Part shown: one piece after another, positions 40,325 to 52,140 of the stretch
Numbering within the stretch: the first letter of the stretch is position 1
How the letters are laid out: every line of letters starts with the position of its first letter
NCBI GenBank assembly: GCA_032718475.1
Contig: JAUCBJ010000924.1
Span: 8,761 to 72,760 of the forward strand
DNA length: 64,000 nt
DNA from: Nemertoderma westbladi
Taxonomy: Eukaryota > Animalia > Xenacoelomorpha
Reading direction: 5' to 3'
Position numbers and translations under genes: made by a program
Notes under the pieces: generated by a model
Database searches by the model: none
Told to the model about the DNA's origin: nothing
Seen by the model: the letters and a program-made list of their open reading frames with translations, nothing else

Positions 40325-41590
40325 TCCAACATCCTAAGATTACATGAGGTCTCCCGTGTAGAAGAGGACAGAGTGATTGAATTAATATCCTCAAAGGCGA
40401 ACTTTGTGAACTCATGGGATGACATTCCGGCCGGATGCACTAGGGTTGTTGGCAAACTAAAGGCCGAACGTGAAGCTACCACAAACTATTTACAGTCACT
40501 TTGCCAACAACCTGGTCTAGTTTCTGAAACATACACAGCCAATGACGAGATGGAGAGCCACGTTGGTGCCTGGTTAAAGGCAACGGACCGGGTCTCTTCA
40601 TTGCTAACAATGCCGTGAGGGAAGCCCCCACACTTCTCATCCCAGTCGGTGCTGTAATGCGTGTCACCTTCAATGGCTGCATGGGCGGACAAACCTTCTC
40701 TCAAGGTCAGCTCGTAGTGATTGAATCACTACCCACAGTCATTGAACCGAAACTTTTATGTAGGTTGGTACCAGTTGGAGTTGCTGCTGTCGACCTTGCA
40801 AATATGTCTCAATATGCGTTGGTTCGTTTTAGTAAACGAATTTCAGAGGAGGTTGAAGTTGGACCAAATGTCCAGAAAGCTCGCCGTGAATAGTGGCCTG
40901 TCCAACACATTGCGGCGATCACAGTTCATAGAATAATTGGACTCACCATCCTGCTGCTAGCTACGCAACTTGGGCCGGAGAAATCCATTTATAACCTTTG
41001 GATGAAAGCCCAACTGCTTGTAATTATTTCCAGAGTCTGCTGACTTTGTTGCCTATACTTCGTTGGAAGTAGGCAAGATACTTTAAAGTATATTAGAATT
41101 CTAATACGACAAAAGTCAACGATTTTAAAACATATCTCTGATACCTTGGAGAAAATGAACGTATTGCGAGAATTACCTGCTGGCAGTGGTGGTACATCCA
41201 CGGTACTAGAACAGCCCAGACCCACGCAACGTACTACGTTCTACCGAGATGTTCATATCCCCGACAATTCCATTGGGTTTGTTTACATATTCATTAGGAT
41301 CCCGTATCCTGATGTTTACTTCATTGGGGAGACCAGCCATCTCAAAAGATCCCTCAAAGAACATCGCACTGGGAGAGGAACTATAGTAACCAACAATGTA
41401 AACCTACATCCTTGGCAACCGTTTGCATTTGTAACGGGTTTCCCTGGCAACGGGGATGAGCAAGGAAATGTACATATGCGATAAGATTTACTTGGTGCCA
41501 TCAACTTCAGAGTCAATCCGCAAATGAATGCGCACAAAGTTTATGTACTTACCCAAACTGTAATCAATGAATTACTATTTAACTTACGAT
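40325..41590 (+). mobile_element. Helitron-like element copy B (PIF1 C-terminal half + GIY-YIG), decayed
   Basis: Colinear with 46450-47710 on the opposite strand: RVVGKLKAEREAT, FSQGQL, KARRE*WPVQHIAAITVHRIIG, IISRVC*, GFVYI..YFIGETSHLKRSLKEH. Confidence 0.85.
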
Positions 41591-41817
41591 TAATTAAAGT
41601 ATTTTAAGAGTAGAGTGATATTTCATCTCTATCGTTTTTCTTTGTTTATTACTACTGATCTAATTACTGAGGCTCTGGTCCTGGGTCGAGCATTGCCCGC
41701 CCAGACTAGGGTGGTATATTATTTATTTTATCATTACTGCTCCGGACTAGAATCTTTTTTGTTCTAATGTTATTTATTAATGAGTCATTGTATGAGTCAT
41801 TTTTTTCCAGTTTGACT

Positions 41818-42076
41818 TGAGTGTTCCACCTAGTTGAGGCCAGATTAACTTCAGTGTTCTACCTAATTCAATAATTTACCATCTGTTAGTTATGGGCGTG
41901 CATAAGCTCACCCCTCTGACTACAGTATGGTAAGTTTAACCCAGTTTACTACCAGTTGTTGTGTATGCTGCGCTGGTAGTATACTTACAACCTTAAGTGT
42001 TCCACCTGGTTGAAGCCAGATTAACTTCAGTGTTCTACCTAATTTAGTAATTTACCATCTGTTAGTTATGGGTGTG
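41818..42076. repeat. 176-bp period duplication containing the Helitron-associated hairpin core
   Basis: GTGTTCCACCT..GTTAGTTATGGG at 41821 and 41997; 41941-41983 is the reverse complement of the array core. Confidence 0.8.
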
Positions 42077-42509
42077 TGTATGTACTATGTACTATGTTAT
42101 GGGTGTGTGTATGTACTATGGTGTATTGTGTGTATGCTTTGTTACTATTGCTTGTTTGGCGGGAGTTTTGAATTGTTTTTTTTTTGTTGGTTTATCTTAT
42201 TGGAATATTGTACAACTGCAGAACTGCAATATGTTCCGTTCTTATATTTATCTTAACATATGAGCTCATATATTTCTTTCCACCAATGTTTATCAGTAGG
42301 CCTACAATAAATGTATATCAATCAATAAACTATATATTTACTGTATATGTAGTATGTAGTATTACACGTTACAATAATAAAAATGAACATATATTTTTTG
42401 TACTTCTACTATACATTATAATGATAAAACAGTTGCATACGAAGATCGCAGTATAGTAGTGGGAAGCTAGTATTCTGCAGCTTCTGCAGACCTCCTGCAG
42501 CTTTTTCAG

Positions 42510-42990
42510 AAAAAGACCCAAGAATAGCCGAGTTATTCAATTTTTAGTAAAACCGAAGTCTTTATCACCAAGGCATGTCACGCCTCTATTGGCCACCTTT
42601 CCGATATTTGCCATTATGTACAAAAATAGAGGAATAAACAGTATTCTTAAATTGATCACCCTAGAGCGCTACGTATAAGTAATATTAACCGAAATATAGT
42701 CCCCATCTTCCATGAAGGGTGTACGGTCTTAAATTTATCATAAAATTGATCCATCGTGATGAAAGATTATTAATGAACATACTCAACAAATTTTACAATT
42801 TCGTAAAAGACACAAGAATAGCTGAGTTATTAAATTTTTCGTAAAATTGAGGTCTTTATCGCCAAGTTGGGTCTCAAATGGCCACGCCATTACATCATTT
42901 GCTTACAATTTTGGGGAATACAAGCTATATTCTTAAATTTATCACCTCAGATTGCCATATAATATGTAACATTATTAGCAATAGAGTTTC
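42510..42990. repeat. Diverged direct duplication, about 294-bp period
   Basis: AAAAGAC.CAAGAATAGC.GAGTTATT at about 42511 and 42805. Confidence 0.65.
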
Positions 42991-43992
42991 CCTTATTGTT
43001 ACATCGTCATCGGAAATATGCCTTTTTTATGCATATTTGTAATTTATTTATTAATAAAAATGAATTATTGATGGTTTATATATATTTCAATATCCGAAGT
43101 GGATGTAGGCCCCTACAGTATTATAATAATTAATAGTTAATCGAAAATCGTTAATACAAGTGTAGTTAAAATGATAAACATGTATGAAAGTAGTACGTAT
43201 AGGCATGGTGATAGGAATATAAAATATAAATAGGCCTATATATAAAATAATCTCGTGATCATGGCTGTGTATTCAGAGAAAACGGGGGGAGTGAGTTTAA
43301 GAAGTTTTAAAGAAGAGGTATTTCTGTTATTGTATTGTTATGGTATTTCTGTATTGACTGCCCAGAGTATTTCACCTTTCATAAAGACATGTAGTCCACC
43401 ATGTGCTGCTTGCTTGGTATTATGGATTGATATCCCCCAGCCCACAGAGAACTGTGCCAGCGGATCAAGTTTATCCGCCACCTCTCGGAAAAAAATAAAT
43501 AATTTTAAAATAATAGATGATAAGGGTAATGGTTACAAAGATTACATTTTAGTAAGTCTGAGAGACATTGGCAGACTGGGTAGTGTGGGGGGAGGGGGGG
43601 GGGGGGGGTGGCTGGCGTGGCAGGGATGCATTATCGATTTTCAGGCCCTGGCAGTCGCAACTTACGGGCCCCTACCCTACCCCCCCCCCCCCCCCCCCCC
43701 CCTTAAACCCTTCCGGTGGGCCGTCCGTCGCCTTCGGCCTGTGGCTGGCCGGCGTCGACTGCCGTCGTGTGTCGACTCGCCTTTCTCCCATCTCGACTCG
43801 CCCTCTCATTGTAGACGGCCCCCCTCCTCTTTGGTTGCCGGATCGTTCGTCGACGGATCCGGCGTCGTGGGTCGATACCGTCTCGCCGTTGTCTTGCAGA
43901 TCGTTAGATCGTCGTCCGGGGTCCGCGGCGGTGTCGTCTTTCCTTCTCTACTCATTCTCTAGCAGTTAGCTCGGGCCTTTGGATCTTAACAC

Positions 43993-44515
43993 TGTGACGG
44001 GATCCACCGAGGATCCCGGTTTATCCGGTTATCTTGACTAAGCATCCCCGCCATGTATGTGAAAAGGCTGAAAGAGTTCTGATGTTGATCCGTGTATGTA
44101 TAGATATATAGATAAGATGGAAATAAGCACAGGTGAATAAGTACCGGTAATGCACTAAATAAGATATGCTGATAGCAGTGGACGGGGATGGTGTTAAGAG
44201 TTCCCGTACCACCCTAACTAACTGACTAACTAAGAGTGAATGGGATAACATGATGACTGGTAATATATATTGCACGGTTGGCCACGTGGTGTTACTCAGT
44301 CGATGCTTTCCCCCCATTGGCTAATAACCCTATTTCACACCCTCTGCCCTGCGGGGCTGTTTCCCCCCCCCCCCCCCCCCCCCCCGCTGCTGTTACTTTC
44401 CTCTCTCTCAGGGGTGTAACCCCTGACCCCTATTGTGCGTGTGTTCTCTGGGGCCTATTGTCCCTGCTTACTGGGGTGACACGAGGTTGATTGGTAATCA
44501 ACCTCGTGCTCCCAA
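43993..44515 (-). mobile_element. LTR (R-U5 and part of U3) of the TGTGACGGGATCC family
   Basis: TGTGACGGGATCC terminus; colinear similarity to 32925-33440 (ATTGG..AATAACC, TTTCCCCCC..CGCTGCTGT.ACTTTCCTCTC, ACGAGGTT.ATTGG..AACCTCGT). Confidence 0.7.
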
Positions 44516-44599
44516 TATTGCTTAGAGGCGCTCTTTCCCACTTTATGGGGGTTTGGTGAGGCGGAATTGAATACGCTCACACCTGAGATTAGTTATCGG

Positions 44600-45320
44600 C
44601 ACCATCGTCAACCCTGGCACCACCAACGGGATTACCGCCCTCTTCAACCCTGGCGCTGGCACCACCAACGGGATTACCACCCTCTTCAACCCCGGCGCCG
44701 GCACCACCAACGGGATTACCGCCCTCTTCAACCCCGGCGCCGGCGCCACCAATGGGATTACCGCCCTCTTCAACCCCGGCACCGGCACCACCAACGGGAT
44801 TACCACCCTCTTCAACCCCGGCACCGGCACCACCAACGGGATTACCGCATTCTTCAACCCCGGCGCCGGCACCACCAACGGGATTTCCGACTTCCACAAC
44901 CCCGGCACCACCAACGGGATTACCGCCCTCTTCAACCCCGGCGCCGGCACCACCAACGGGATTTCCGACTTCCACAACCCCGGCACCACCAACGGGATTA
45001 CCGCCCTCTTCAACCCCGGCGCTGGCACCACCAACGGGATTACCACCCTCTTCAACCCCGGCGCCGGCACCACCAACGGGATTAACGCACTCTTCAACCC
45101 CGGCGCCGGCACCACCAACGGGATTTCCGACTTCCACATCCCCAGCGCTGGCACCACCAATGGGATTTCCAACTTCCACAACCCCGGCGCCGGCACCACC
45201 AACGGGATTTCCGACTTCCACAACGCCGGCACCACCAATGGGATTTCCGACTTCCACAACCCCGGCGCCGGCACCACCAACGGGATTTCCGACTTCCACA
45301 ACCCCGGCACCACCAATGGG
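44600..45320. repeat. GC-rich 42/36-bp minisatellite
   Basis: GGCACCACCAACGGGATT(ACCGCCCTCTTC|TCCGACTTCCAC)AACCCCGGCGCC, about 18 units in two variants. Confidence 0.92.
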
Positions 45321-45642
45321 AAGAGCTCCGTATATGTGGAACGCAAAGTTTATGTTGGCTGCCAGAACTCGCGTCACGTGAAGGCGCGCAGGTTCCACCC
45401 CAGAACTGCCTATCAAGTCGGTCGACGTTGCAGATTATCCCCATCCGAAAATCCACCAACCATTATTTCCGTACCGCTGCAACTCCGCATTAACGTGTTG
45501 CCTTGTCTCCCTGTTCGTAACGATCTGTGTTTTCGACTAGAAATAAATTATTATAGTTTGTATAACATTTATACGGCCTATATTAAATAAGTAAATATTT
45601 TAAATTTGGTGCATATTAATGTATATTTATATGCTACAATCT

Positions 45643-46380
45643 GTATTACCAGCGCGGCATACATTACAACTGGTAATAAACTGGAACGGAATGGTAGTAA
45701 AATAAATTACTTTGGGATTTATTTGACATGATTATTGGGTGATATGAACTAATGTTCCAGAATACTACAGGTTCCAGATTATTACCAGCGCGGCATACAC
45801 TACAACCGGTAATAAAGTGGAGCGAAATGGTAGTAAAATAAATAAATTGGGGATTTATTTTAAATGATTATTGAGTGATATGAACTAATGTTACAGAATA
45901 CTACAGGTTCCAGATTATTGCCAGCGCGGCATACACTACAACTGGTAATAAACTGGAACGGAATGGTAGTAAAATAAATTACTTTGGGATTTATTTGACA
46001 TGATTATTGGGTGATATGAACTAATGTTCCAGAATACTACAGGTTCCAGATTATTACCAGCGCGACATACACTACAACCGGTAATAAAGTGGAGCGAAAT
46101 GGTAGTAAAATAAATAAATTGGGGATTTATTTTAAATGATTATTGAGTGATATGAACTAATGTTACAGAATACTACAGGTTCCAGATTATTGCCAGCGCG
46201 GCATACACTACAACTGGTAATAAACTGTAATGGAATGGTAGTAAAATAAATTACTTGGGGATTTATTTGAAATGATTATTGAGTGATATGAACTAATGTT
46301 CCAGAATACTACAGGTTCCAGATTATTACCAGCGCGGCATACACTACAACTGGTAATAAACTGAAACGGAATGATGGTAG
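45643..46380. repeat. 136-bp tandem array with alternating A/B units (272-bp higher-order repeat) and hairpin core
   Basis: Core at 45651, 45787, 45923, 46059, 46195 and 46331; it starts about 70 bp after the GIY-YIG stop codon of copy C. Confidence 0.93.
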
Positions 46381-46449
46381 TGAATTACATTTCTTGTCGT
46401 AATTCCTTCCAATTAAAATACTTTTATTACTTAATTACAAATTACTTTA

Positions 46450-49400
46450 TTACAAATTAAATATTAATTCATGTATTACAGTTTGGATGAGTAGAAATAC
46501 ATTGTTTGCATTCATGCGCGGATTGAGTCTAAAGTTGATGGCACCCAATAAATCTTGACGCATTTGTATATTCCCTTGCTCGTCCCCATTGCCAGGGAAA
46601 CCCATTACAAAGGCAAATGGTTGCCATGGATGGAGGTTTGTATTGTTCGTTACTACAGTTCCTCGTCCAGTGCAGTGATCTTCAAGGGCTCTCTTTAAAT
46701 GGGCGGTCTCACCAATGAAATAAACCTCGGGGTATAGAAAACTAATTAAAATGTAAGCAAACCCAATAGAGTCGTCGGGGATTTGAATATCACGGTAGAA
46801 CGTAGTGCGTTGAGATGGTCTGGGCTGTTCTAGAACAGTGGATAAACCACTGCCAGCAGGGAAATCTCGCAATACGTTCATTTTTTCTAAACACTCCGAG
46901 ATATATTTCAGGAATGTCGACTTTTGTCGTAATATAATTTTAATATATTTCATCGTATCTTGCCTACTTCCAATAAAGTACAAGCAATGAAGTCAACAGA
47001 CTCTGGAGATTATCACCAGCAGTTGGGATTTCAACCAAAGGTTGTACATGGATCTCTCAGGACCAAGTTGTGTCGCTAAGAGGAGGATTCTAAGTCCAAT
47101 TATTCGATGGACTGTGACGGCAGCAATATGCTGGACAGGCCACTGCTCACGACGAGCTTTCTGGACATTTGGTCCAACTTCCACCTCCTCTGAAATCCGT
47201 TTACTGAAGCGGACCAATGCATATTGGGTGATATTTGTAAGGTCAACAGCAGCAACACCAACCGGTACTAACCTACACAAAAGTTTCGGTTCTGTGGCAG
47301 TGGGGAGTGCTTCAATCACTACGAGCTGACCCTGTGAGAACGTTTGGCCACTCACATTACCATTGAAAGTAACACGCATTACGGCTCCAACTGGAATGAG
47401 GAGGGACCGTGCTTCCCTCACAGCATTGTCCAATAATGTGGAGACCCGGTCTGTGGCCTTTAACCAGGCACCAACATGGCTCTCCATCTCGTCGTTAGAC
47501 GTATATGTCTCACACACAAGTCCAGGTTGTTGGCGAAGTGACTGCAGGTAATTCGCGGTCGCTTCACGTTCAGCCTTTAGCTTTCCAACAACCCTTGTGG
47601 AGCCAGCTGGAACGTCGTCCCAAGAATCAACAAAGTGAGCCCTGGTGGAAATGAGGTCAATGGCTCGATCTTCTTCAAGTTCGGAGATCTCATGGGATCG
47701 AAGTATCTGGATTACTTCCTGGAGTTCAGGATCTGCGGCTGAGCGGACATAAGATTTAAGTAAAATTACTTTGTACAAGGTGAGGAACTGAGGGGAGAGC
47801 CAAAATAGTGAACCGCGAACTGGAGAGAGTTGCTCGCTGTCTCCAGAACAGATTACAAGTTTTCCACCGAATGGGATTTTAGTCTTTGTAATAGTTTTCA
47901 GAATTTGGTCAAGAGTGGAAATCCATTCTGATGGAAATAGACCAATTTCATCTATTAAAATTATACATTTGCTCTACAGCAAATACAGCTTGCCAACACA
48001 TTGTTACTATCAATAATCTATTAAAATGACATCCAGGCGGTTTAGTATCGCGTATTTCTTACTTTTCACAAGAGTGAGAAGGCAGTCTTCTGATAAAGTT
48101 TTAACCTGCATGGTTTTGTCAGATTTACTCCCACTAAGGCCGATCATAGAGTGGAAGTGTACCCCACCAAGTTCTCTCGCTTTATTGCTAGTTATTGCCG
48201 TTACAGCCAGACGCAACCCTCGAGAAATGGCATAAGCTCCAACTTGGAGCATTATTTGTGTCTTACCGACACCAGGAGGACCAACAAAAACGAGAGGGTT
48301 GACAAAATTGCTTTGAGGATCGCGGTACTTATTTATGCCGTCAATTCCAATACGTAGAGCATCAGTTTGTTCGTGATACGATACATCTGATTGGTCACGG
48401 TGGCGGGATAGATAAGGCAGCCAATCAGAGGGAACATCACGGGTAATAACGGCGATACCTGGAGGAATGTCGATAGTTTTCTCACGTAGAGCAACTATAA
48501 ATGAGTCCTTGGCCTTCCTCTCATAGGTTATTACCTCTGCGGTCTCCCTCTGTCGGAACAGACACTCCTGGGCCAAGGGCAGACTACTGTACTCGAGGGA
48601 GTTGCTTAGCAACAACACCTTGAGGACTCTGTCTGCGGCTTCAAACATCTTATTATACTGTCTATGCGATATAGCGTAGTGGTATAACTGCTCATCCACA
48701 TAGCGTCGGAATATGTTGTTATAATCGTCTTGGGTTATACAACAGGAGTCAGGGTTGAGTTTACTGTACTCAAAACTATCAACATAGTTAAGTTTATATA
48801 AATCCTGTTCGGTTTCGAACTCACCTAGGGATAGTAAGAGGTGTTGGAGAAATTTATCTGTAGAGAATGGCGTGATAGAGGTGAAAACAACGATTGCGGG
48901 TTTGGTTTGTGATTTATTTACGAATCGTTGAATGTGTGGGCGACTGTTCTGTAGTATAGGATCTAAAACTTCGTCTAGTAACTCAGCAGCTAGAGCGACT
49001 CCGTTGTTAGCTTGGATTTGAAGGTGTTCGGCTGCCTTCACAACACCAGACGCTCATAGTTTAACTTTATTGCCCAGTCCATTTATCCATTCCGACTCTC
49101 CAAACTCCAATGAAATTTTATGATCTTTATTCGATTCAGAAGTGAAACATTTATGGTAGATTTCAAGAGACTGGAAAGTATTTCATAATTCTGGTGGTCT
49201 TAGGTTAAACTTAGTTATGTAATCTGCGCAATATGAGCTCTTTATATAATCTTTGATCAGCAGTTCTTGTGAAGCTGTAAACTGTCTGGCCAGTGGTAGT
49301 GCAGCTCGCTCAACTACAGGTTTGAGTTGGTCATTGTTTATTATTATTCTTTGACTCTTCTGGATTGGATATTTGTGAAGAAATCCACTTCGGTTTTCTG

Positions 49401-52140
49401 GAATGACACTTTGAATATGGAGGAATTGGACATTGGTGTTAAAGTAACCCAGATTAAGGCAGTGGAAGACTAGTTCAGGTACCCCAATATTTCTAGTGGT
49501 GAATCCTTTGTCCTTGGTTGACCTTTTCTGTTCGGCTAATCTGGCCCCTGTAATTTTTTCATTTACAATTGGCCTTTGTTGGCCAACAAACTTACCAGGC
49601 TCCTTAGTTTCTTTGATAATATATTTGGTATGCTCTTCCTTTCCAACCTCATATTTTAAAAGGTAGGCTTTCTGCATTCTATAATCGCAGACTTGTAGGT
49701 TGGTGCATGATCGAAGGAAGGTGAATAGTCTGGTGTTGGTCGGGACAAAGAATTCACCACTGGAAGCGGGGTACTGATGTTGTCCACCACTATATATTTC
49801 AATTGGGACAAGTCTATCCAGCCTCTCGTCTCTAATGGCTAGACCCAGTTCTGCCATCCTCAACAACGTCGCTTCTTTATATAAACCCTCCCGTTCCTTA
49901 AAAAAGGTCTTGAAACGTTCTGGGTAACGGGTGTTGCAGCATATTGGTTTACCTTTGGTGTCTGTATATTTACAGCAGCGGCCACCAGCGGAATTGCAGT
50001 TATGTGTTTGGAGATACTGCAGGTGATTTAGAAACTTGTGTATTTCTTTATGTTCCATAACCCCATCCCTTACCAAGGTCTCGAAATCAGTGTTGAATGA
50101 GTCATGGAATAAACTTTTTGACTGGCAGCAGACTCGGCTGAGTGTCTCCGACTTGTCCTCCGGGTATAATGTTATTCCCATGTGGATGTGGGGTTTATTG
50201 CCGAGGGCATTCTGATCCTGGAACTCATACCGCCAGAAATAATTACGAACATGCCCTATTGGGCGCTGCGGACTGTCCATGATCCATCCATGACATGAGT
50301 CACGGTGCGATGTCAGGCACGAAGTAACAGGACAAAATGGCCCTCCAGTTGTTCTGCACACTCCGTGGGGGTGGCGACAGCGCACCTGTCAACGATGGCA
50401 TTGTAGAGGGGAGCGACACCAGGAGTCTCGGAATCGTTACAAGTTAATGTTACGAAGTAATCCCAGGCTCCATCCTTGGTTAGGGCTGCAAGTTCATTCA
50501 ATTTACGACGGGAGTCAATCTCATCTAAGTTGAGCTTGCTCTCTGGGAAGGAGTATCCGATTTCTTTGGGGTCAACCATGAACTCCAATCCCCGTTTTAA
50601 AACCAATGTTGGAGCATTTACTGATAGTTGTTTGTTCAACAGAGTTGAAAAGGCCGAGGATATATATGACAATGTAGTGGATGTTGGAATGGTGTTGTCC
50701 CTAAGTCGAATGGATAGGTGGTCTTCCAGACTGGCCAGACCTCTTTTGGTGTCCGTTCTACCACTGTACATGATGGATGGCATTGCTCCAACAACGGAAT
50801 TAAATTTGGAGCAGTAGAAAAGTGTTGGATATAAGATACCATCAGGATATGTAAGAGGTACAGTTCCATCACGGCTGAGGGAGATGATGTGGTGCATCAG
50901 TCTATTAAAGGAGGCGTTATTTGGGGGTTGGTGACGCCGACGGAGCACACCAAGTTCATTGTTGAGGAGTAGATGGATGTGGGAGGACCGATTTACATCA
51001 TAGATAGGGATTCGATCCATCCTTGCTAATAGAGTTCCGTGGTCTCTATCAGCATCCATTATCTCATTACACCCGAGAACCCCCATACTAAAATCTATGT
51101 TCTCAAAGTCCCTCTCTGGGTCGTCTTTAATGTCCTCATCGAGGAATATATACAATGGATCCTCATCCACGACTGGTAACTCTCTATCAGCAATGTTGCC
51201 ATCGGGAATAACGTCGTCAACATGGGGAGTTGTATTACGTTGCACATGGACATTCTGCCCCTTCTTAAGTGTTTCCGTGTTTAAAACACAAACCTGTACG
51301 GCAGTGTACAAAGGGAAGACCCCAAGGACAGTGCCATCTCGCCCTTTGGTTACAGTTGGGGATAGAGCAGAGAGACTCGTTTGAGAGGTGCTGGTGTGTC
51401 AGAGACAGTCTCTGTGGGAGGAGCATCGCATAGTAGATTGGCCGGCAAAATGGGACAGTAGAGAGCTTGAAAGATTGTGATCCACCTTCTTTACAAATAT
51501 TAATAATTCAAAATGTTTGAAGGTGGAATTCGTTGAAATTTCGAGATTAGTAATTTCCTTGGCTTTGCTGTCCTGGAAGGAATAGTTGTCGTTCCATCGA
51601 AATACCATTGCAGATGCAGTTGCTATAGCCGGAAGATAGTAGAGGTCATTGTGAAGAATAACACTCTGATTTTGTGGAGGTATCAAAGGGCATTCCAGAA
51701 CACCTCCAAAAAATCGCCATGTTCCATTACGAATAAACAATTCAATAGGGTCCCCATTGGAGTTGTTCAATTCCTGCCGAATGGAGATCCCAGGGATGGT
51801 GGCTAGAACTGTAGCGCTTTCTGTTAAAATGGAGACTTGTGCATGGACATCTGTTACATCGTGTAAGGTCTCCTCGAGTTGATTTTTAAATGAGTACCTC
51901 ACTTTATTTAGTGCAGAATACACGTTTGCGGTTTGCGGTCCCCAGTTTGCGGTCTAAGACGAGACTCGGTGCCACTTCCCAAGAAAGTAATGTCGACCGA
52001 ATCAACCAATCCTCCCATGTACCTTGTGCCAGATGAGGTTTCGGTTTAAACCAGGAGAAACTGGGGATCCACAAATGTAGAAAGTGGTGTAACTGTAGGA
52101 GGTTTCCCTCGTCTATGAACTCCCCACAACCCATAGGGCA
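46450..52140 (-). mobile_element. Helitron-like element copy C: HUH Rep + PIF1 helicase + GIY-YIG, pseudogenised
   Basis: Rep motif I YFVTLTCN, motif II YEFQ..KPHIH, motif III YLLKY. PIF1 motifs GPPGVGKT, ILIDEIG, PFGGKLVICSGDSEQLSPV, REQWPV..AAVTVHRIIG, IISRV. GIY-YIG GFAYIL..YFIGET..LKRALEDH..GRG..HPW. Several frameshifts. Confidence 0.9.

Noticed and set aside
41675-41750. Hairpin plus CTAG as the canonical Helitron 3' end of copy B
   Set aside because: No equivalent is seen after copy C, and the shared hairpin core lies further downstream, so the terminus cannot be assigned.
43255-43969. 235-aa and 133-aa plus-strand ORFs
   Set aside because: Low-complexity frames running through poly-G and poly-C tracts with no recognisable domain.
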